Shown one piece after another: positions 53,479 through 64,000 of a stretch of 64,000 nt of DNA (positions are counted from its first letter, which is position 1; each line of letters begins with the position of its first letter). Below the pieces are notes generated by a model, which worked only from the letters and a program-made list of their open reading frames with translations, searched no databases and had not been told where the DNA came from. The position numbers and the translations under genes were made by a program. Source of the DNA: Octopus sinensis (lineage: Eukaryota); assembly GCF_006345805.1 (NCBI RefSeq), contig NC_043009.1:64480001-64544000 (forward strand), written 5' to 3'.

Positions 53479-56224
53479 TTTCCAAAGATGGAAATAATAA
53501 GAAGACATTTTAACGTTGTATATTTTTTCAGTTTCAAGATCTGGAGTAAAATTGATGAGAGATTTGTGGGTAGCAATCCTGTTATAAATTTGAGTGATGT
53601 TTCTCTGTCTGTCACGCTTTTAAGTTCGTTAATTGCCCTCCAAGACTGGTGGTGCAAGGACAACGAAACTCAAATCAGTAACCCCTCTAATACCAGGGAA
53701 TGTCCTAAGGAGGTCTCTAATTGGGGACTCAGTGACCCCCTATTTTTACTGCATTTTAAACTAAATACATAGCATTGGCGACCAAATCGGAGCAATGACA
53801 ATGAATTTCATACCATGAACTCCCAGGGCGTATCGTAAAGAAGTTCAATTTCTAAAGGGCCTCTTAAATAGAGACCCATTGACCCCACCCCTATTTTTGT
53901 GAGTAAGGAGTTTGGAATGAAGTATCGGATAATTAGTACCAGGAGATTCATATACAATAAATGTATCCGAGTCCATTACATTACACAAGGGTAGAGGGCC
54001 GTTAACCGGTCTGCTAGTGGAATCGAAGGCCTCAAATATACCCTCCGCAGGGCGGCTTCAAGGCTAGTGTTTTAAGCACGCGTGGTTGTATGATTAAGAA
54101 CTTCCCTTTGCAACCACGTGGATTCTGATTCTATCTCATTGCTCGGCTCCTTGAGCAGGTATTCTCTTTCATAGCTGCTGATTGATCAAAACTTTACGAC
54201 GAAAAAATGCTTCATCGAAATTGTAAGGAAAATCATCAAGAAAGGAGTCTACTCATAGTTTCATGTCTACAACCCTTTTCTTGGGTTGTAAATGATACTT
54301 CCGGTTTTATACCTCCACCTACCCAATGGAAGCTTTCAAAGCAAGCTCATCTCTTAGCAACATACAGGAAACCCTTCTCATTGGACATAAATTTCTCACT
54401 TCTTTCCATTCTTAGAGACCCTGAAAACGGCATTCATTGGACCACATTTCATTTAGAACCGATTTCCATTCACTCAACTCTCATTGAAGGAATTCTCTTT
54501 AATACAACTGTTACTGAGCCGGAATTAATTGGGTCAACCCTCACTGAGCTTATTTCTTATCAACTCCAATATTCATTAATAAACCGACTCTCGTTTAGTC
54601 AATACCCGTTGAGCTTTATTCTTGTCCACAGCATTCCATTCGTGCTTCGGCAAAACCGTTTCATGTACAACCTGTTGATGTGACGTAGTGTCGGACAAGT
54701 AGGTTATTTTCCCATTCGAGTAAACCAACCTCTTCTCCATACAACAACGTGTTTTACATCAATAATCAGTAACAGGATTACCTTCACTCAACACCTGAGT
54801 GTTGTTGTTTTTTTTGCTTTTCTTGGATGAAAGGAAAGAAACGTAGGACGAAATCAATAAAACAAATAAAATGATGCAATAACTATATTTCTCACCTGTC
54901 TGTATAATTGGTTTTATAACACAAACCTTTTAACGCATGTTTACTTCCAGTTTCATGACGTCATATCTCGAGTGTACCGACAGATGGCATTTCAGTCGTG
55001 TTGTTTATTTATTCATTTATTTATTTGAAGCAATTATTGCTGATTTAGCACGTCCTTCACATGAAGTGTTTGTATACAAGGGCGGAACGACTGCTGTGGT
55101 TCTGCCGATAAAACTGCTCAGTTCTTGGAGCCAGCACTCAATCACTTCACATCGGCTGCTTTGCTCTTTGTAAAAACATGACTATAATAACCAGGTTATA
55201 TTTTACTCCTTTCCCTGAAAGTTATACAAAATCAATTTGTTTACACAACTGCATTGGTTTTCAGAAACGAAAGACCATCTCAACATCAAAATACCATCAT
55301 CTTTGCAAAATGTGTTACGGTTTATGCTTTACATTTCGCTAACATTTTCGTGAAAGTCGCAGACGTCCCACCCTCCCACTTCATACTTTTATTTTATCTT
55401 AAAATAATATAAAATTTATTTCCTATATACTGCTTTAATCACATCACATGACGATCGGTGGTGGTGGTGGTGGTGCTGCTGCTGCTGTTGATGATGATGA
55501 TGCTGTTGATGATGATGATGCTGTTGATGATGATGATGATGGGGTGGTGGGGTATTTGATTATTGTTATGAGTCATAAATTCCTACAACGTCGTTTATCT
55601 CAATAAATTTATCTCATGAATTCGGGGAGCAATCTTCGTAAGAGCGTTGAGATAATCCTCTCTAACAGAAATATTTATTTGAATATATCTGACATTGTAA
55701 CACGAATAAATTTGCAAAAGTGAAAAGAAAACAAAGAAAGACAAATATAAAATCAGAGAAGAATCTTTCAGAAAACTGATCGATTCCGCCGCCGCCCATG
55801 CTTCGATATGCATCCTTGAATGAGTGATGTACATTATTTATTGCAGAGCAGTGAATGCCTCTCGTTCGTCTAATTGTTGTAAGATTTTACAAATCAACAC
55901 TACATCAGTCACCAAGTACCGATTTCTCAGCTGCTTACATAGGAAATATGTGTTTCTAACATAGAAGCTATTCACTGAAAAGCGTGTCGAGGGCAGCGTA
56001 AATCAGATGTCATTATGTCAGTATCCATATTGTGTAAAAGGCTTTGATACTGAACTGTATCGTGTAGCAAATACAATCACGAGCTTTGTGCGCAAATTTC
56101 TCGCTATGGTCTCTTTCGCCTAATCCTTCTTTCAAGAACAAGAGACTAGGAACCTGGAATATACGCTGTTCTATTAATTATAACTTCGCCCTTATTGAAG
56201 GAATGTTTGAAGTATCTTGGGAAT

Positions 56225-56885
56225 AGGAAGTTCCCTAGTGGTCCCCAGACGCAAGTATATCCCTGTTGGGAGAACGTCTTGTTTGCCGTAGATTTTCCAC
56301 AGATACAGGGACAGGACGGGTTGAAGCCGCCGGTTGCCGGATCAGACGCTTCTGTTTACCAGAGCCCCGTTAGCCGGGTGCTGCTCTGATACCGCTGGGT
56401 GTTAGAACAATTCGCCTTGGGTGGCCCTACTAGAAACTGAAGTCTCCGACGGCATAGCTCTGACACTCCCGTTTCACCCCCCTTACCACGATGAGGAGGG
56501 GTTGGACTTTAGATCCGCAAAATCACCTCCCTTCGACAAGTCATCCTAACGAGACGGCTGCATTGGCTGGGTCATGCCCTCCGTCGTCAACCGGGAGAAT
56601 TCAGCTACGAAGCAATTGCCCCAGCTCTCCTTCAGGGTTGGCGAAAGCGATGAAGTGGACAACGAAAAACCTGGCTGATGACAGTCAAGGCTGATCTGGA
56701 ACCCAACCTAGGCCCCCCATATCTACGGCGTTCGCCGCTGGAATAGGGAGTGGTTGGAGACCACGGGGTCGTTAGCCTCAAATCGCCAGGCCTGGTCGGC
56801 GTTTGTGAGAGATGCAGCATTGAAGATGAATGAAGCCAGCTCAACCCACCCCGGGTGAATGCTGTCTCAAGACAAGACAAGAGAA
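56225..56885 (+). mobile_element. RTE-clade LINE derivative: putative 5' UTR joined to the ORF C-terminus and a (CAAGA)n tail
   Basis: RRLHWLGHALRR, GQRKTWLMTVKADL, ASNRQAWSAFVRDA; tail caagacaagacaaga; upstream gacggcatagctct...ttaccacgatgagg resembles RTE 5' UTRs. Confidence 0.7.
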
Positions 56886-56934
56886 GAATATTAGACCGTC
56901 GTGACTGGGTAAACCAAAATACTCATCATTTATT

Positions 56935-57245
56935 TTCATTAGTTCGTCCGCCGTTATCGACGATGACCAAGGACATCACATAGCGAAAAAGACGGGGCAC
57001 TGTGTGTAGAGCTGTGGCCAATCAGTTCGATACTTGTTCGGAAAGGTCTACTGCAGGTCAAGCACTGGTGGTCTGCTGGGACTGAAGGCAAAGAGTTAGC
57101 TTTGGGTTGGTGCAGTTCGTGTTTCCTTTGTGCCGTGGGGATTTGAGTGTGTCCTTGAAGCGATTATTGTTGTCTACCTTGCGTGCGCCTGCCTTCCGCC
57201 AGTTCGCTGTAAAACAGTCTCCTGGGGAGTCGCGTATCAAGCATT
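56935..57245 (-). mobile_element. RTE (BovB-like) LINE 3' fragment
   Basis: RLPRRLFYSELAEG, RFKDTLK, C..CSRPFRTSIELIGH. Confidence 0.7.
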
Positions 57246-58342
57246 CGAACAAGGTGGCCTACCCACCTGACTTGCCCTCTCCTCAGTAATGTTTAAATGC
57301 TTGTCTGATCAGTTCGAGATAGCACCTCCATGCCTGGGACCTTGCCTTGCCAGGTGAATTCAGCAGCTTTCTCAAGCGGTTCATAACTGTAAATGCAACT
57401 GATTAATTCCATCTCAGGTGAAAACTACACACCTCCATTGACCTCGCTGTTGCTCTCAAAGAAATATGCCAAAGTATCGAGCAAAAGGAAGAAGTCTATT
57501 CCACGTGATTAGTCTCCGTAAAAGAACGAGATGCTGGACATTGTAATCTAGGGGTAAGTTATAACTGACAAAAAAAAAAGATAAAAAATCGACGAATGTT
57601 CAGTTGTTGCAAGTCTTTCACCGTTGGTCTCTGCACTCAGACTCAGTTCAAACTAAACAAAGCATGATAAATATTTGATAATATTTCTAATATCTTCTTT
57701 ACGTTCTGGGTTCAAAATCCGTCGAAGTCGACTTTGCTTTTCATCCTTTCGGGGGTCGATAAATTTACCAGTTGCATACTGGGGTCGATCTAATCGACTG
57801 CCCCCCCCCCCCAAAAAAAAATTTCGAACCTTGTGCCTAGAGTAGAAGAGAAAATAAAAGAACATTTCTAATATCTTGTTTATTATTTATTTGTTTTACA
57901 TTGCATTTCACAAAGAAAATCGATTTCATTTGCAGTTTGCCAACAGGCCACTCACAGTTTCACTCTATTTCTATAGACATATATATATATGCATACATGT
58001 GTACATGTATGTATGTATGTATGTATATATGTATGTATGTATGTGTGTATGTACATTCATACAAACACACAAACATACAAGCACGCGTACTCACACACAC
58101 ACACATCTTAATCGAAGTGCACAGTATTATATATCCATTACGGCTGATCCTGCCAATCGGTTTCGCATCAGAGATCCAACAAGGTGTTAGATAACAGACC
58201 AATTATCTAACCCTGCACTCTTGAGAGATGGCAGTTATGGAAAACAAAATATAGCGACAGCTCTCCATTGTTGGAGGAGAGAAGACACATCCGCTTTGTG
58301 ACACACATAGAAAGACAGACAGATATATATTGTCAGCTTTAA

Positions 58343-58630
58343 CAGGCGGCGAGCTGGCAGAAACGTTAGTATGCCGGACGAAATGCGTAGCCGTATTTCG
58401 TCTACCGTTACGGTCTGAGTTCAAATTCCGCCGAGGTCGACTTTGCCTTTCATCCTTTCGAGTCGACTAAACAAGTACCAGTTACGCACTGCGGTCGATG
58501 TAATCAACTTGATCCGTTTGTCTGTCCTTGTTTGTCCTCTCTATGTTTAGCCCCTTGTGAGTAATAAAGAAACAGATATTGTCAACTTTGTTTTTCCTCC
58601 TTTCAGGGTCGATGAATAAAGAACCAGTAA
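58343..58630 (+). mobile_element. SINE family B
   Basis: Full head and body. Confidence 0.9.
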
Positions 58631-58652
58631 TGTATTCGGATAAACTTTTCTA

Positions 58653-58683
<31 letters not shown>

Positions 58684-58688
58684 TTTCT

Positions 58689-58766
<78 letters not shown>

Positions 58767-59207
58767 TTCACTGTGTTCAAGGTTTTTTTTATGTCCTGTA
58801 CCCATATATGCATGTATATATACATATAGATGTCGGTATTTACATGTATGTATGTATATATGCATATATCTATATATTATTTATATCATTATATGATCGA
58901 ACGCCACGCATCCTTTTCCAAGTAAGTTTTATCTTATATATATATGCAAGTAAAGCTAAGATCCAAGGCGCATGACGTAGGAAGATAGTAAGCAGTAAGT
59001 TTCGAGCAATCTGTAGCCTACGAGTCATCATTGAGTTCCCTGACGACAATGTTAACTTTTCTTGAATAATGTATCTTTGGCCTGACGAGTGGCTACAGAA
59101 TCAGCCTTCGTTTGGATAACTACTACCTCCGGGGTTCCGCTAGCTATGAAACATATGTAGCATGGATTTTAACGACTCCATTCACTAGTTTTGGATATTT
59201 ATATATA

Positions 59208-60499
59208 CGAGGGGGTAAGCAAAAGTAACCGGGGACGTTCTCTGTGGGACAAGCCCGTTGTAGTTCAGGCTTCTGATGCTCGAAGCCACTAGATACGACC
59301 CTCAGGCATCAGTATGCAGGCCGGCATCGTCGAGTGACATCGTACTGCCACGGAGTGCGCCTTTCTTTTGCGGTGCTTCTCCCCTGTTCATTGATTCTTG
59401 CGATTGCTGACACGAAAGAACAACGTGCTTCCAGGAAATTCTGGTTTCTGCGGAGGGAAAAAAGAAGGCCGAAATTATTATCATGTTTCAAACAGCTTAG
59501 AAGGACGCTGCCATGAGCAAATCACAGGTTTACGAGTGGTTTTTATGCTTTGGGAATGATCACTTGTCGCTTGAAGACTAACTTCGTTCAGGACGAATGT
59601 CGATCTCCCAAACGAATGAAAACATCACAAAACTTCATGAACTGATGTTGGGGGACCGTCACCGAACAATTAACGAAGTTGTTGATATGACTGGTGTGTC
59701 CTAGAACACCTGCCAACGAATTTTGAGCGAGGAATTGCGAATGAAAAGAATTGCAGCAAAATGTTGTGCCTCGCTTGCTCACGGAAGATCAAAAGCAGTC
59801 ACGACTGAATATGTGCCGTGAATAGCTGGAACTTTATCGGGACATTTTTTTGAAGATCATCACTGATGACAAAAGCTGGTGCTTCGGCTACGACCCGGAA
59901 ACGAAGCAGCAACCAAGTCAATGGAGGCGTTCAATGTCACCACCCCACAAAAACGCGCGTCAAGCTCAGTCCGATGCTAAGATGATGATGATTTGTTTCA
60001 TCGATGCGAAAGGAATTGGCCTCACAGAATATTTTCCTCCTGGTCAAACTGTTAACCAGACATTTTACTTGGCAATTCTCATGCGTTTGAGACGCGGTGA
60101 GATGAAAACTTCCCGGCCTGTGACAATGAGGAGTGTGATGGTTTCATCACAACAATGAACTTGCGTACACTATCTTGAGTGTGATACAGTTTGGGGCCAA
60201 AAAATTGGCATGGCCCCACTTACCCACCCTCCTTATTCACCCGATCTTCGTCCCTGTGACTTTTTTTTTTTGTCCCTCCGAATGAAAAGAATTCTTTAAA
60301 GGAAAATGTTTTGCAGATGTGGAAGAGTTGAAGAAAGAAACGACGGAGGCGATAAAAGGCATTATTTCGCAAGAGTTCCAGGATTGGTTCGAACACTGGA
60401 AAACGCGTCTGGGCCGATGCATTGCTTCAAATACTTCGAAGGCGATAGTGAATAAAATATTATTGCAAAATTCCGGTTTCTTTTGGGTACAGCCGCGTG
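59208..60499 (+). mobile_element. Decayed mariner-type transposon, about 1.3 kb, TA-flanked
   Basis: VPRLL, IITDDKSWCFGYDPETKQQ, HPPYSPDLRPCDFF, FQDWFEHWKTRLGRCI; degenerate TIRs sharing caaaagWaaccgg; many stops and frameshifts. Confidence 0.9.
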
Positions 60500-60510
60500 T
60501 ATGTGTATGT

Positions 60511-60858
60511 GTGTATGCGGAGACCCCTTCGCTCATATCTGACCATGGGATTGCACCTAGGAAGTTACCCTCCCAGGCACAAGTCCGGGCAAGGTTGTTT
60601 TTATGGAAGACCAGCAGTTACCCATGCATACCGGCCTCCCCTCTCCACGCCACTGATGTTATCCAAGAGAAAGGCAAAGGGGCCGATACATCTTGGCATC
60701 TGTGACGTCGCAACTCATTTCTACAGCTGAGTGAACTGGAGCAACGTGAAATAAAGTGTTTTGCTCAAGAACACAACACGCAGCCCGGTCCGGGATTCGA
60801 ACTCACAACCTCACGTTCGTAAGCTCGACGCTCTAACCACTGAGCTATGCGCCTTCAC
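60511..60858 (-). mobile_element. tRNA-derived SINE family D
   Basis: Head ggcgcatagctcagtggttagagc...gagttcgaatccc followed by a body ttgagcaaaacactttatttcacg...cagctgtagaaatgag. Confidence 0.85.
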
Positions 60859-60963
60859 ATCTGTGTGTGTGTCTGTGTGTATAAACACAGACATTTGTGG
60901 CTAGCTCTGTGGGTAGGTGTATGTATGTATGTATGTGTGTGCTTAATTGTATGTGTGTGCTTA

Positions 60964-61004
<41 letters not shown>

Positions 61005-61016
<12 letters not shown>

Positions 61017-61645
61017 ATGTATGTGTGTGTATGCGCGTGTGTGCGTGTGTGCGTGTGTCAAAAGCATTGCTGCATAGCATAACTCATCATTAAGGCCAGC
61101 CACACTTACTCGTTCGTTTCAAGGTAATTTTCCGTCAGGCGTGCCATTCAGTAAGCACCCCACCCCACTCCATCCCCACCCCACATCCACCCGAGAGCCG
61201 CTGGCTGCTCATGGCTGGTGGTGTATTGCGTACGCATCTATATGTATTATATGCACAAATAAAAGAGCGCGAGCGCGTGCGTGCTTGTGTGTGTGTGTAA
61301 GTATGTGTATGCGTGTGTGTGTGTGTGTGTGTGTGAGTGAAACCAGCCAGAACAATGTGGTGTATGAGGTGTGGTGGAGGGTGGGGTGGGGAGGGAAGAG
61401 ATGTAGGTACTTATTTGGCAACCTTTCAAACATCGGCGAACGGCAATAGGAATGGGTGTGCTTATTGTTGTACTTTCTAACATATATTATGTTACGAGTT
61501 TACAGATACATCCATTGTTTTCGAACAACAGCTTTTTATAGCTCAGCCTCTGTGGTCGGATCGATATTTACACACACACACACACACAACGACACAGACA
61601 CACCGACACAGACAACCGCGTACATACGCATGTGTGTGTGTGTGT

Positions 61646-61684
<39 letters not shown>

Positions 61685-62297
61685 ATGTATGTGTGTGTAT
61701 GCGCGGTGTGTGCGTGTGTGCGTGTGTCAAAAGCATTGCTGCATAGCATAACTCATCATTAAGGCCAGCCACACTTACTCGTTCGTTTCAAGGTAATTTT
61801 CCGTCAGGCGTGCCATTCAGTAAGCACCCCACCCCACTCCATCCCCACCCCACATCCACCCGAGAGCCGCTGGCTGCTCATGGCTGGTGGTGTTGCGTAC
61901 GCATCTATATGTATTATATGCACAAATAAAAGAGCGCGAGCGCGTGCGTGCTTGTGTGTGTGTGTAAGTATGTGTATGCGTGTGTGTGTGTGTGTGTGTG
62001 TGAGTGAAACCAGCCAGAACAATGTGGTGTATGAGGTGTGGTGGAGGGTGGGGTGGGGAGGGAAGAGATGTAGGTACTTATTTGGCAACCTTTCAAACAT
62101 CGGCGAACGGCAATAGGAATGGTGTGTGCTTATTGTTGTACTTTCTAACATATATTATGTTACGAGTTTACAGATAACATCCATTGTTTTCGAACAACAG
62201 CTTTTTATAGCTCAGCCTCTGTGGTCGGATCGATATTTACACACACACACGCACACAACGACACAGACACACCGACACAGACAACCGCGTACATACG

Positions 62298-62330
<33 letters not shown>
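61005..62330. repeat. Near-identical tandem duplication, period about 669 bp
   Basis: gtcaaaagcattgc at 61057 and 61726; copies differ mostly by small indels. Confidence 0.95.
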
Positions 62331-62339
62331 TGTGTGTGG

Positions 62340-62428
62340 ATATATGTATATATGAACATATATGTTCATGTATGTGTATATATATATATAGATATATATG
62401 CTTTATATATATATGCTATATATATATG

Positions 62429-62468
<40 letters not shown>

Positions 62469-62689
62469 TTTATATATATATGCTTTATATATATATGCTA
62501 TATATATATGCTATATATATATATGCTATATATATATATAATATATATATATATTATATATATATATATATACTATATATATATTATATATATATAGAGA
62601 GAGAGTGAAAAAGAGGGGGAGCGAGTAACAGATCATAGCTAGGTAAATAGAAGTAATATATATGTAATATATGTGCGTGTATGTATATA

Positions 62690-62752
<63 letters not shown>

Positions 62753-62972
62753 ATATATAGATAGATAGATAGAACATATATATGGATGTATATATATAAA
62801 TGTCTATCTATCCATCTGTCTTTCTACCAGTTACTCTGGCGGGTACCTTGTGTTCAGCAGAACTCACTCCACTTTGCAATCAGGTTTCAGTTAAAGGCGA
62901 TTGAACAGTGAGGCTTTATAATCAACTGCAATTGAATTAGATTAACTTAAAACACAGAGTGGAAGAGGTCGA

Positions 62973-63058
<86 letters not shown>

Positions 63059-63079
63059 GATAGATAGATAGATAGATAG

Positions 63080-63130
<51 letters not shown>

Positions 63131-63138
63131 CAGATAGG

Positions 63139-63222
<84 letters not shown>

Positions 63223-63230
63223 CAGAAAGA
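62340..63230. repeat. (TA)n, degenerate (TA)n and (GATA)n microsatellite blocks
   Basis: Read directly; interrupted by unique sequence at 62800-62965. Confidence 0.95.
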
Positions 63231-64000
63231 CAGATACACAGACAAACCGACAAGCAGACAGACAGCTAGAATGACAGACAAAGAGACAGACAGGCCAACA
63301 GACTGACGGATACATGTATTTCGATATGTGTGGGGGTGTTTGTAGTCTCCTGACTATTTGTACATGCACAAAGCATAATTTTTGGTTCCTAAAAATACTG
63401 CACGTGGTAGGAATGCCTCCCCAAACACACACACAACACACACACAACACACACACAACACACACACGCACGTACGCAGTCACACACTGAAACAGATGTG
63501 TTGTGGGTGGTCTCCGTATTTGTACGCAAACTTTTGACACAAGAGGCACCACATATACACACAAAGCATACATACAGATACAAGTGCATAGACACACACA
63601 GAGACTACGTACTTCCATAAATATAAAAGATTAGCATAACTGCATAACATTATTGAATGTTTGCGCTCCTCTAGAAAAGAAATCAAAAGCTGGCTTGAAA
63701 AACCGATGAATGAGTCGAAATATCAGGTGTAAATCAATATCAAATAGTACAGGTGAGTTTGCAGACTAGATAGGGTTTCAGTTTACAATGTACTAATAGA
63801 AATAGGTGATAGCAATTTAATTAGTTGGTGATAATGGAAATTATAATATAGATGAAGCCGGCTCTCACTATCGGTGCCCAATAATACAAATCGGTGAAAT
63901 GCAGAAATTAGAAATACACTCTTGAGAATTTCTGTGGTTCGCGTGAGTCTGCACCTATATGCACAGGTTGATTAATTACAGCCGTATATCTGTCCATATA

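Noticed and set aside
60785-60853. tRNA-Val(TAC)-like gene on the minus strand
   Set aside because: A and B boxes are present, but acceptor and anticodon stems do not pair and the sequence continues into a SINE body

Overview
AT-rich, microsatellite-dense eukaryotic DNA. The tRNA-derived SINE families and repeat make-up point to an Octopus-like coleoid cephalopod (inference). One protein-coding gene is supported: a minus-strand SLC22 / organic cation transporter-like MFS gene. I reconstruct seven phase-compatible GT-AG coding exons (30243-30306, 22178-22551, 18533-18636, 14194-14348, 6939-7110, 5089-5358, 4125-4339; 1354 nt, about TM1-9). The TM10-12 exons are not recognisable in 1-4124. The rest is mobile DNA: four SINE families, R4/Dong-type RLE LINE fragments abutting (TAA)n, two Tx1/L1-type RT fragments, RTE and CR1-type 3' ends, a Penelope GIY-YIG fragment, and decayed Tc1 and mariner elements. 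The most unusual structures are: (i) an array of about 31 x 76 bp amplified from the inside of one SINE, 0.5 kb upstream of the start-codon exon, with an orphan copy of its first unit beside exon 2; (ii) several long fold-back palindromes, including a perfect 70-bp one; (iii) several Penelope-type hammerhead-ribozyme-like cores, two of them inside fold-backs. No prokaryotic-type system (CRISPR etc.) is present. Repeat boundaries are approximate and were read by eye; nothing was searched or computed.
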